NCBI RefSeq assembly: GCF_963921235.1
Contig: NC_086108.1
Span: forward strand, 62,870,001-62,934,000
DNA length: 64,000 nucleotides
Direction of reading: 5' to 3'
Source of the DNA: Mobula hypostoma
Taxonomy: Eukaryota
The notes under the pieces were generated by a model, which was given only the letters and a program-made list of their open reading frames with translations, was not told where the DNA came from and ran no database searches. Positions 26,601 to 37,851 of the stretch are shown one piece after another. Both the position numbers and the translations under genes were made by a program. The stretch's first letter is position 1; the number at the start of each line of letters is the position of its first letter.

Positions 26601-27590
26601 TGCACCCATGGGAGTGGCCAGACCACCCCAGGTCTAGGCTACATTTGGATTTGGCCCTCTTATGGGGCAGATGTTCCTTGTAATGGTAGACGCGCATTCT
26701 GAATGGATCAAAGCTCACATCATGAGCAACATCACAGCCCCCTCAACCATAGACAAACTCAGGCAAGTGTTTGCAGTCCATAGGTTGCCTGACACTCTGG
26801 TCACTGATAATGGCCCGACGTTCACTAGTGAGCTGTTCAGTGAGTTCATGCAGCAGAATGGCATTCATCACATTTGGACGGCCCCTTTCCACCCAGCCTC
26901 CACTGGTTTGGCTGAGCGGGCTGAAGTAAGGCCTGAAGCGGATGACAAGTGACTCTTCTTAGCATGCGGCTTTCACGTTTCCTGTTTAAATACCGCCTCA
27001 CACCACAGACTACGACTGTCCGCACTCCAGCAGAGATGCTGATGGGGCATAGGCCCAAGTCAAGGTTGGACCTGCTGCACCCGGACATGAAGGGATAAGT
27101 GGAGAGAAAGCAGGAAAAGCAGAAGAAGGGACATGATCAACATGTGTGAGAGAGGCAGTGAAAACCAGATGACAATGTCTATGTGAGAAACAATCAGCAA
27201 TGGCTACCTGGTGTTATTCTTAAGCAGAGTGGTCCCGTCTCCGATGTTGTTCAGCTGATTGATGGGCGTGTTTTCCGCAGACATCTGGACCATGTGCGCC
27301 TGCGTCATGATACCGGCTCAGAGGCAGACAATTTCATGGAGTTTCCATTTGTGAGACAGACTACTGTGGAAGCATGTCCGCCAGTGACTTTGCCAGAGGG
27401 AGAGACGCTGGCAGAGGGGTCGGGGTCCCCTGAGGAGGATGGACATTCTCAAACAGACACACAGACCCCTCTCATGCCCCCAACACCAGACCCACCCAAA
27501 ACACCATCACCAGCACTGCCTGCTGGGTCACCGGGGGTAGTGCGCAGATCACATTGCACTCGTAAACCTCCTGACAGACTGAATCTTTGA
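23626..27590 (+). pseudogene. Gypsy gag-pol polyprotein, multiple stops and frameshifts
   Basis: Gag with two CCHC-like knuckles near 24228-24330, protease VDSGA, RT WAAPIVPV/CGDY/KLD/FLDD, RNase H CDAS and TDHKPL, integrase H-H-C-C and TDNGP. Confidence 0.95.
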
Positions 27591-27615
27591 CGGGACAGTT
27601 TTTTTATTGTTGTTA

Positions 27616-28050
27616 CAACAACACTCACAACACGCTGGAGGAACTCAGCAGGTCGGGCAGCATCCGTGGAAAAGATTGGTCGATGTTTCGGGCCGGAACC
27701 CTTCGTCAGGACTGTAGAGGGAAGGAGCAGAGGGCCTATAAAGAAGGTGGGGGGAGAGTGGGAAAGAGAAGGCTGGTCGGTTCCAGGTGAAAAACCAGTA
27801 AGGGGAAAAATAAAGGGATGGGGGAGGGGAGGCAGGGAGGTGATAGGCAGGAAAGGTGAAGAAAGAGTGGGGGAAAACACAATGGGTAATAGAAGGAGGT
27901 GGAACCATGAGGGAGGTGATAGGCAGCTGGAGGAGGGGGCAGAGTGACTTAGGGATAGGGGAAGGGAGGGGAGGGAATTACCAGAAGTTGGAGAACTCTA
28001 TGTTCATACCAAGGGGCTGGAGACTACCTATACGGTATATGAGGTGTTGC
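27616..28050 (-). mobile_element. PLE fragment inserted in the Gypsy 3' UTR
   Basis: CAACGCTGGAGGAACTCAGCAGGTCGGGCAGCATCCGTGG...CTTCGTCAGGAC, purine-rich tract, GAGAACTCTATGTTCATACC. TGTTA on both flanks. Confidence 0.85.
27679..27713 (-). ncRNA. Minimal type I hammerhead ribozyme motif, catalytic core boxes intact
   Basis: Minus strand AGUC-CUGACGA-A-GGG-UUCCGG-CCC-GAAA-C-AUC^GAC. Stem I GUC/GAC, stem II GGG/CCC. Predicted cut between 27682 and 27681. Confidence 0.75.
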
Positions 28051-28202
28051 TGTTAGATTGAATGTTGAATCTGTCATGTTTTCCAGATGTTTTGTATTGA
28101 TAAACTGTTGCTAAGATACTAGTATAAGTTTTCAGTTTACGCTAGTTAATAACACCACTGTTTTTATTTCCTAGTTTTTACATCTGGGAAATGTTGTATT
28201 TT

Positions 28203-28215
28203 AAAAGGGGAGAAG
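28203..28215 (+). promoter_or_regulatory. Polypurine tract
   Basis: AAAAGGGGAGAAG immediately before the 3' LTR. Confidence 0.9.
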
Positions 28216-28441
28216 TGTTGTAATGTGAGCATTATTAAAAGTAAGTTAATACTAATTAGGATTATGGGGGGTTTTACTTTCGTTCTTTTTACTTCCGGTG
28301 TGCTTTTTATATGGTGTTCCTGCCATGCCGTACGGGTTGTGAAAGCCTCTGTATATACGTATCGGTTTTGACGTTCGAGATAAAGTTGTTTCTTTGGGCA
28401 TGAAGTTGTTGAGGTGCCTTTTTAAGGTAGAAGTTACCACA
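28216..28441 (+). repeat. 3' LTR
   Basis: Direct repeat of 23310-23535. Confidence 0.95.
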
Positions 28442-29883
28442 GGCCTTATATGCTGAAACTGCTGTAAAAACTCAACAAGTCAGGCAACATCTGCCGAAAG
28501 AGAATTCAGTCAATGACTCAGATTTTCAGCTAATATAGTTCACCTTTAATTTTCCTTTAAGAACAATGAATTGTTCTGGAACTGAACTTTCAGTTCCTGG
28601 GTATTTATAAAAAGTGTTTATCAGTTTATTGACAGTATGACTGCAATATTTAGAGTGTCAAATGTTCAATCCCCAATGAAAAGGAGAATGCAGCACCAGA
28701 TGGCAGGGCTTCCCTAGAGTGCAGGACCTCACACTCATGTTACTATCAAACAACTCTCAGGCATTTGTCCAAACTATGGTAGACTAAACAGAATGAAATA
28801 ATAAAGGTGAATATATGATATTTTAGTAGTGTCTACAGCCTCTTCATTTTTATAGCCCTCACTTTGTTGCTACAATTTTAGGGAGCAGGCGAATGAAATG
28901 GCTGGATTCCAGGATGTGAGGGTTATTGATACCAGCAGAGGACCCTTTAACAGGCAAAACATTTTTGGAGATACACACATTAGGAATGCTGAAACAAAGT
29001 CTGCAATCCTGATTTGACGGTTGGAGAATTGCTGCACAAGCCCAACATTGTATCAGAAATCAATTGGATCGGCTATTTAAAGCATCCAGAATTACAGAGA
29101 GAAAAGCTCTCTAGTTAGACAAGGAAAATGATCAGCAAGTGGAGGAGTTGGCAAAAACAGCCAAAGTTAATGTACAATCCCATTCCTTGATTTGTATAGA
29201 GCCGTAAAGGAGTAGGTTTCTCTTTAGAGATCAAATTTGAGAAACAGCCATTTGCTCTTAAAGTGAAAACAACTTCTCTTAATCTTCTTAATAATATGTC
29301 GATCCTATGAATGACATAGTCTGTTGTCATCCCTGTCAGTGTTACTTCACACATTCCAACAACAAATGCAGCATTAATTTTTCTGCTATTACGGAGTGAG
29401 CCTTTACATTTGAAGTGTTCCCACTGTGCTTGTCTTCTTATTTATGAAAGTAAAATGCATGAAAGATGCCAATAATCTGATAGTTCCAGAGGAAATAATG
29501 TTATCAAATGGTGATGTATTCAACTAACTTGCTATGTCATAATGGTAAATGATGTTAATTTAACAATCAGCAATAGATTTTCACATGGATAAAAATCGAG
29601 AGTATAATGAAATACTAGAACAAAGTTTGAATTTCACTGCCAGTGAAGAAGACAATATTATCACATCCCATAGCGGGTGATATTGACTAAATATACTATC
29701 TTCAGGCTTTTTCCCCCATTTATTTAAGATAAATATTTTATCATTGGAGTTTATGTGAGTACAAAGAAATATTCAGTCTTGATTCTCATTCTACTTTTGG
29801 ATGCCCAGTTCTTAATAATTAGGCCTAGTGTACTTTGATTCATAGATTTAATTTAACTATGTTAGCTGACTTTCTACCCTATA

Positions 29884-30115
29884 TCAAAGTTTAAAGTATA
29901 TTTATTATCATAGTATGTATACATTATACAATCTTGAGATTTGTCTCCTTATAGATGGCCACAAAACAAAGAAACCCAAAAGAACCAATAAAAAAGTAGA
30001 CTGTCAAATACCCAGTGTGCAGGAGAGAAAAAAAAAGCAAATAGTGCAAACAATAAAGGTAAGCAAATAGCATTCAGAACAAATATGAGTCCTTAGACAT
30101 GAAGCCTGCCACAGT
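29884..30115 (-). mobile_element. Probable non-autonomous non-LTR element 3' end (Rex/L2-type tail) abutting the minisatellite
   Basis: TCAAAGTTTAAAGTATATTTATTATCA... resembles the tail-plus-polyA-signal ends seen at 12118 and 57688. Confidence 0.5.
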
Positions 30116-31006
30116 TGGAGCAGGCTACAGCTTCAGCCTCGGTTCAGTGCAGAGCTGAATAAGTGTCACTGAGCCCTCAGACACAGAGCCTGGAGCAGGC
30201 CACAATCTCAGCCTCAGTTCAGTGCAGAGCTGAGTAAATGTCACTGAGCCCTCAGACACAGAGCCTGGAGCAGGCCACAATCTCAGCCTCAGTTCAGTGC
30301 AGAGCTGAGTAAGTGTCACTGAGCCTGGAGCAGGCCCCAGCCTTAGCCTCAGCCTCAGTTCAGTGCAGAGCGGAGTAGACATCACAGAGCCTGGAGCAGG
30401 CCCTAGCCTCAGCCTCAGTTCAGTGCAGAGCTGAGTAAATGTCACGGAACCCTCAGACACAGAGCGTGGAGCAGGCCCCAGCCTCAGTCTCAGTTCAGTG
30501 CAGAGCCGAGTAAATGTCACAGAGCCTGGAGCAGGCTACAGCCTCAGCCTCAGTTCAGTGCAGAGCCGAATAGACATCACAGAGCCTGGAGCAGGCTACA
30601 GCTTCAGCTTCAGTTCAGTGCAGAGCTGAGTAAATGCCACTGAGCCTGGAGCAGGCCCCAGCCTCAGCCTCAGTTCAGTGCAGAGCCGAGTAGACATCAC
30701 AGAGCCTGGAGCAGGCCCCAGCCTCAGCCTCAGTTCAGTGCAGAGCCGAGTAGACATCACAGAGTCTGGAGCAGGCCACAATCTCAGCCTCAGTTCAGTG
30801 CAGAGCCGAGTAAATATCACTGAGCCCTCAGACACAGAGCCTGGAGCAGGCCACAATCTCAGCCTTAGTTCAGTGCAGAGCTGAGTAAATGTCACAGAGC
30901 CTGGAGCAGGCCACAGCCTTAGCCTCAGTTCAGTGCAGAGCTGAGTAGACATCACAGAACCTGGAGTAGGCCACAGCCTCAGCCTCAGTTCAGTGCAGGG
31001 CTGAAT
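30116..31006. repeat. Minisatellite, 14 units of 60/66/75 bp
   Basis: TGGAGCAGG anchors at 30116, 30191, 30266, 30326, 30392, 30467, 30527, 30587, 30647, 30707, 30767, 30842, 30902 and 30962. Core CTCAGTTCAGTGCAGAGC. Confidence 0.97.
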
Positions 31007-31143
31007 AACAAAAGTTAGACTTTCTAACATGCCTATTCTCTCTGAATTACATTCAGTTAAATATGTAGGATGTTAATTTTATAAAGAAGGATACTCTGGA
31101 CTTTATTAACCGTACAACAGGAAAATGGGAAGAGGGTTGAGAG

Positions 31144-31764
31144 CAGACATCCCACCTCTCCCGGAAGTTCCGAGAGTCTTCCGCATATTAATAGTGGCTC
31201 CCTGATGCCTGCAAATTATATACAATATCACGGAAATCAATTTTTTTGAGAGCAAGCGAGCGAGAGAAAGCAAGAGAGAGTGCGAGAGCGACCACGAGAG
31301 AGAGAGCTTGCGTGAGAGAGAGCGAGAGCAGGCAAGCGAGAGCACGCGAGCGAGAGAGCAAGAGAGAAAGCGTGTGAGAGCAACCACACGAGAGAGAGAG
31401 CGAGAGCGCGCCATGGCAGAGTGTTCCAAAAAAAGAAAATATAAAACATATGTCACCCCAGACTACACTAAAGTGTACCCCTGCCTAATAGGGGTCAAAA
31501 TAATGACAGTGTTGCTCGCTGCACTGTTTGCAACAGTGACTTTTCTATTGCCCATGGTGGGTTAAGACTGTAAAAGACATGTCGCGGTAAGTTTAACAGG
31601 TGTCATTCATTCATTAGCATAGCTAATGTTATTTAAACTAGCTGGCTAGCTGCTAAGGAGCTACTCTATTGCAGACATCCCACCTCTCCCGGAAGTTCCG
31701 GGAGTCTCCCGCAAATTGATGGTGCTACCTCCCTGAAATGAGCTTTTGCAGGGTGGGATGTCTG
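31144..31764. mobile_element. Non-autonomous hAT element (621 bp) with internal (GA/GC)n tract
   Basis: TIR CAGACATCCCACC / GGTGGGATGTCTG and perfect 8-bp TSD GTTGAGAG at 31136-31143 and 31765-31772. Confidence 0.92.
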
Positions 31765-32128
31765 GTTGAGAGGATCCTGGTCAAACTAAGAAATATAGAA
31801 ACAAGTGGCATATGTTCTTACATTTTTATCTTATGTCATCTTCAACCATGTCAACCCTTTAAATCACTAACTCTTCCCCATTTCCCATGCTTGGTACCCT
31901 GCCCTACCCTATCATACTTGAGTATCCTGACTTAAATGCTGTTGTTGTCACTGTAGATGTACTTATACCTTGGAGCCCTCTAATGTGCAATAGCATTTGC
32001 AATTCTTTTTAATGGGAAGAGAGAGACAACAGGTATATCAGAACACATTAGCAGTCACACTTGAAGGCAGAGGGGAACTGAAAAAATAAGAAGCTGTTTG
32101 AGCTGATTTTTTTTTCATCAACAAGCAG

Positions 32129-32171
32129 CGGCCTCAAAATTCTTTCAAAATGAAATTGTCTACCCTGTAAG
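32129..32171 (+). other. Candidate host exon (43 nt), gene unknown
   Basis: T9-CATCAACAAGCAG acceptor and AAG|GTAAAT donor in non-repetitive sequence. Frame is compatible with the next candidate exon. Confidence 0.3.
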
Positions 32172-32457
32172 GTAAATGGAGACTGTTACAAGGTATTGTG
32201 CTCCTCAGATGTTTTAGGTTTGATCTTGCAGTTTTTTCCCCCCCGATAATCAGATATTGTAAGTGATTTGGTTTGTCACAAATAAACATAAAGAATACTG
32301 GTCTGACTCTATGCAGCCTGACTTTGATGAGTTTTTCCACTATTTTCTGTTTGTATTTCATTTGTAAATTTGTAAATCATTTATCAAAATTGTTTATGAT
32401 ACTGACTCAGTGGGAAATACTTTACCTTATCACTGCTTCCTTTACCTTATTTTCCAG

Positions 32458-32573
32458 ATCTCTCTGTACCTTGGTTTGTAAATGGACATACTCTGCACAA
32501 ACGGGCTGGGATGACTGCTTCTGGAAGCAAATTGGACTCGAAGATTTAACAGTCAATAATCATTCTAAAATAG
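32458..32573 (+). other. Candidate host exon (116 nt), gene unknown
   Basis: Long polypyrimidine tract CTTCCTTTACCTTATTTTCCAG| and TAG|GTACAT donor. One frame is open ([38 protein letters not shown]). Confidence 0.4.
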
Positions 32574-33944
32574 GTACATTGCAATGATAGTTGTTATGAA
32601 TGTGTTTATTTGGGTATTTTAAAATGGAATATTTAGTACTGGCATGCTGTTTATCATATAATAGAGATGTGTGGTTTGGCACTGTTGCTATATATAGTTC
32701 TTATAATGAAATAAAATCCCTGGCTAATGCCTTGAGTACAGGAGGTTCTCTGATATATTTGTGTGAGATTGTTTTAGGTTCCCTCCAGCTGGCTGACCCA
32801 GGGAACGTTTTGCTTTATTTAGAAGGCTAGAAGCTTATGGATCCATTATTGGTCCTGTAATCTAAGCTTGCCAATGAAATAAATGCAAATGCACTTCTAC
32901 AAATCAAGATTAACCTTTTGGCTGAAATCTGGGCTAAAACTTTAATAAATATTCAGTTTGCTTCAAACTGGAAACCCAAAATTAAAACATAATGCCTTTC
33001 TAATCAAAATAATGTGTAAGTGATATGATAGAGCAAAGGTTAACACATCAGCCACAATTTTGCATTTGATTTTACTTCATATCTAAAGCTAATAGAAAAT
33101 TACGGCTATTTTTATCATAACTGTGATACCCATATAGCATTCACAAGAATAATTTTACACTGCTTTCATATTTGCTCTTGCAGCTACCTTCCACTCCTAT
33201 TGATGCTGATGCTAATCTAAAGATAGAATGTGAATTTTAAAAGAAGTGACTGTTATTGCAAAGAAATATGAAATTAAATTAAAATTATTCCTTTTATGAT
33301 CTGGCTTCCTGTCCAAATGGAGGAATGAGCTTCCCTTCAATTTTAGGATATTTGGCAAAAAATCTGAGGTAACTAATACTAGCAAAACCAGGAATACTGT
33401 CAATATACTTTTGGATACACAAGATGAAAAGCACAACTTAAAATAGGAATCTTCAGAGTAAAACAAGACATTCTTTGCCATATTAAAAAATAATCTAGTA
33501 CACTATATGCTCACCTCTTACGCGTGGGATTTGAATCCAGCCCAACTAATGGAATGAACTTCTTCTGTTTTTGCTGGCTGAAGACGGTCTGTTGTGAAAT
33601 TAACTTGACTAACATCTTTCCAGCTCATTGTCTATAATTCTGGAGAAGAAATCATTTAAAGAGGTAGTAAGTACACTTGATGTAGGCAATGGGAAAAATA
33701 CATCAAAAGTTCTTTTAGCAGAGGTATAGGGTATGAGTCAGAGTTTGCAGCAGAGATATAGGGTATGAGTCAGAGAATTATTTTCACCACAAATTCCCTA
33801 TATGTCTCTTCTTCTATGGGTTTATTTCTCACCCGACACCCACTCCAACCATCTCCTACTACTCTTCACCATTTTGTTCTTTGTTGCCCTTTGCCCTTTA
33901 AGGGAAGTTATTCATAGAGTGGATGTAGGAATGTATCTTTACAT

Positions 33945-34345
33945 TAAAACGTATCACAGTAAATAGGAACAGTACACAACTGAGTTCTACAGAATAGTTC
34001 CATCTTTCAGTAGACTCATGGCTGATCATCCACATCAGTACCCTGTTCAGCTTTCTCTCCACTTCCCTTCCCCGCTGCAGCACTAAGAAATTTAACCACT
34101 TCCTTTTGAACATTTTTAATGACTTGACTTCCAGTGTCTTTTTTAGTGGAGACTCGTACAGATTCACCACTCTTCAGATAAGGAACTTTCCCCTAATCTT
34201 TTTTTTAATGGCATAACCAATATCCTGAAGTTGTAGCTCCTGATGCACTATTTTCCAGTCACCAGGATCATCTTCCCTACATCTATAATCAGTCCAGATT
34301 ATATAGATTTCTCTGAAGGCTCTTTACATTCCTCTGTACTTCCAG
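33945..34345 (-). mobile_element. Old CR1 3' fragment
   Basis: CATGGCTGATCATCCAC...CAGATTCACCACTCT CR1 3'UTR-like sequence. Confidence 0.6.
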
Positions 34346-34349
34346 GAAT

Positions 34350-35303
34350 AGACGATGATGGAATAGATGGCTTTGTTGCCAAGTTTGCAGATGATATGAA
34401 GATTGGTGGAGGAGCAGGTAGTGTTGACGAAACAGGAAGGCTGCAGAAGGACGTAGACAGATTAGGAGAATGGGCAAGAAAGTGGCAAATGAAATACAAT
34501 GTTTGAAATTGCATGGTCATGCACTTTGGTAGTAGAAATAAATGTGTGGACTATTTTCTAAACGGGGAGAAAATCCAAAAATCTGAGATGCAAAGGGACT
34601 TGGGAATCCTTGTGCAGAACACCCTAAAGGTTAACTTGCAGGTTGAGTCGGTGGTGAGGAAGGCAAATGCCATGTTAGCATTCATTTCAAGAGCTCTAGA
34701 ATACAAAAGTAAGGATGTGATGCTGAGGCTTTATAAAGCACTGGTGAGGCCTCTCCTTGAGTATTGTGAACAGCTTTGGGCCTCTCAGCTTAGAAAAGAT
34801 GTGCTGGCATTGGAGAGGGTCCAGAGGAGGTTCACAAGGATGATTCCAGGAATGAAAGGAATGTTTGATGGCTCTGGGTCTGTCCACGCTGGAATTCAGA
34901 AGGATGAGGAGGGATCTCATTGAAATCTTTTGAATATTGAAAGGCCTAGATAGAGTAGATGTGGAAAGGATGTTTCCAATGGTGGGAGAGTCTAGGACAA
35001 GAGGACACAGCCTCAGGATAGAAGGGTGCCTTTTCAAAATAGAGATGCAGAGAAATTTCTTTAACCATAGGGTGGTGAACTTGTGGAATTTGTTGCCACG
35101 TGCAGCTGTGGAGGCCAGGTCGTTGTGTGTATTTAAGACAGAGGTTGATAGTTTCTTGACTGGACATGGCATTAAAGGTTATGACGAGAAGGCCGGGATC
35201 TGAGGTTGAGGAGGAGAAAAAAAAAGGATCAGCCAGGATGGAGTGGCAAGGTAGACTCGATGGGCCAGATGGCCTAATTCTGCTCTTATGTCTTATGGTC
35301 TTA
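34350..35303 (+). mobile_element. 5'-truncated CR1 (RT end and 3'UTR)
   Basis: DGFVAKFADDMKIGG, LYKALVRPLLEYC, TRGHSLRI motifs and TCTTATGGTCTTA tail. Confidence 0.93.
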
Positions 35304-35985
35304 ATATGGGCCTAATCAAATCAATGTCTTATTATTTTATCAGTCCCAAATCTCCTGAAATTAATCATTGCTTGTGATCTCTCCATGATAGGGAAGTCAC
35401 TCAGAACTCCACTTGAGGTCTCGTCAGTGCCCATTTGCAATGTATCATTTGCCTTTTTAGCTGCTTACTACACCTGGACATTGCTTTTAATGACTGATGC
35501 ATAAGGACACCTTGTCCTTGCTGTATCCCCTCCTTTCCCAATCTATCATTATTCAGATAATAATCAGTCTTTTCATAACCAAAGTGGACTACCACACACT
35601 TGGTGACTTTATTCTGCATCTGTCAACTTACCTGTCACATATTAGAGCTTCTTTGTACTCTAATCACCCTCAGATATCATCCCATCACTCTGCTACCAGC
35701 TTTGCAAAACTAAAAATGATACATTTCGTTCCCTCATCCAGATCACTGATATATGTTGATGCTGCTGTGAGTAACTGTGGTCCAGGCACTGATTCCTACA
35801 GCTCTTCCCTTTCATCCCATCCCATGATCTTTAATTTTCCACATTAATTTCTAATGTAGGGCCTTATTGGAAACATTCTGGAAGTCCAAATACATTACAT
35901 TCTCTTGTGTCCATTCCATTAGTTTAATCCTCAAAACATTCCAGAAGATTTATTCAGAATAATTTATCTTCCATAAACACATATG

Positions 35986-36395
35986 TTCAAGTTCAATTAT
36001 CATTCAACCACTCATGAATACCCATGAATACAGCCAAACAAGACAGTGTTTCTTTGGGGCCAAGGTGCAAAACACAGTACCAACAGACATACACAGCACA
36101 AGGCACATATAGTACATATAAGATCGCAGTAAACATCGTGTCACACAAAAAAAAAGACCATGTCTCTGAGTTCATGAACGTTGTCAACAAGAGCAAGCCC
36201 ACAGCAGTCTGCATATGAACGTAATCCAGATTGACTTCCACTGAGTGAAACTAGTGAACTGGATTGCAGCATTCCACGTTACCAATGTCCTACAGCGATC
36301 ACAAGAAAAATTACTAAGCAACTCGCACACCGCGTTCACTCAATGATTCTGATGCCTCTCTGTAGCAGGCAGCAACATGGTCTTCACCAAGTCCT
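35986..36395 (-). mobile_element. Probable non-autonomous non-LTR element
   Basis: (GTTCAA)n tail-like start followed by GGGGCCAAGGTGCAAAACACAGTAC 3'UTR-like sequence. Interrupts the old CR1. Confidence 0.5.
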
Positions 36396-36399
36396 TTTT

Positions 36400-37851
36400 A
36401 AGACCATAAGACGTAGGAGCAGAATTTGGCCATTTGGCCCCTTGAGTTCTCTGTCATTTGAGCATCTTCTCCCTTGTAATAGCAACTGGATTCACTTCTC
36501 TTCCCTCACACTCTTTAACATCTGACACACTGCTAGTGTCTCCCACAGTGAAGACTGATGCAAGATACTCATTTGGTTTACCTGCCCTCTCCTTGTCGCC
36601 CGTTATTATTTCTCTGACCTCATTTTCTAGTAGTCCTATATCCACTTTCATCTCTCTTTTATTTTTTACATACTTGAAAAAGCTTTTACTATCCACTTTG
36701 ATATTGTTTGCTAGCTTGCTTACTTATTTCATCTTTTCCCTTCTAATGATTCTTTTAGTTGCTCTCTGTAGGTTTTTAAAAGCTTCCCAATCCTCTATCT
36801 TCCTGCTAATTTTTGCTTTGTTGTATGCCCTCTCTTTTGCTTTTACATTAGCTTTGACTTCCCTTGTCCGTCATGGTTGTACTATTTTGCATTTGAGTAT
36901 TTCTTTATTTTTGTAATACATCCATCCTGTACCTTCCTCATTTTTTTCAGAAACTCACACCACTACTCTCTGCTGTCATCCCTGCCAGCATCTCCTTCTA
37001 ATTTACTTTGGTCAACTCCGATCTCATACCACTGTAATTTCCTTTACTCCACTGAACTACTACCATGACAGACTTTACTTTCTACGATCAAATTTCATGC
37101 TGAAATCAATCATAATGTGATTATTGTCTCCTAAGGGTTCTATTACCTTAAACTCCCTAATCACCTCTGGTTCATTACATAACACCCAATCCAGTATAGT
37201 TGATCCCCGAGTATGCTTAATGACAAACTGCTCTAAAATGCTATCTTGCAGGCATTCAACAAGCTCACTCTCTTGAGATCCATTACCATCCTGATTTTCC
37301 CAATCGACCTGCACTTTGAAGTCTCTCATGACTATTACAACATTGCCCTTTTGAAACGCATTTTCTGTTTCCCATTGTAGACTGTAGTCCATATCCCAGC
37401 TACTGTAGGGAGGCTTGTATATAACTGCCATCAGGGTTCTTTTACCCTTGCAGTTTCTTAACCCAACCCACAAGAATTCAATATCTTCTGATTCTATGTC
37501 ACATCTTTCTACTGATTTGATGCCATCCTTTACCAGCAGAGCCATGCCACACCCTCTGCTTGTCTTCCAATCCCTCCGATACAATGTGTAACTTTCGACA
37601 TTCAGCTCCCAACTACAACCATCCTTCATCCATGATTCAGTGATGGCCACAGTATCATACCTGACAATCTGTAATAGTGCAATAAGATCATCCACCTTAT
37701 TTCTTATATTCTGTGCATTGAGTGACAGTGTATTGGCTGCCCATTTTGATTCTGCATCCCTAATGCACTGATACTCACCCTGCTGGCTGCAATTTTGTCC
37801 TATCATCTGCCTGCCCTTTCTCACAGTCTGACTGCACACTATCTTTGCTTT
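36400..37851 (-). mobile_element. CR1 with APE endonuclease and linker joined directly to the 3' tail (RT deleted)
   Basis: ORF 37075-37875 has LNAQNIRNKVD, AITESW, DFK.QVDW, LDWVLCN. The tail ACCATAAGACGTAGGAGCAGAATT abuts the linker (ITREKML) at about 36458. Confidence 0.85.

Larger units (their letters stand above)
23310..28441 (+). mobile_element. Full-length decayed Ty3/Gypsy LTR retrotransposon (Mag-like)
   Basis: Paired 226-bp TG...CA LTRs, PBS, PPT, 5-bp TSD GGTCT / GGCCT, and domain order gag-PR-RT-RH-IN. Confidence 0.97.

Noticed and set aside
30116..31006. CRISPR-like array
   Set aside because: Intervening segments are variants of one sequence rather than unique spacers, there are no cas genes, and the context is eukaryotic.
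31106..31565. RE-rich and SL-rich ORFs
   Set aside because: Translation of a GA/GC microsatellite inside a MITE.
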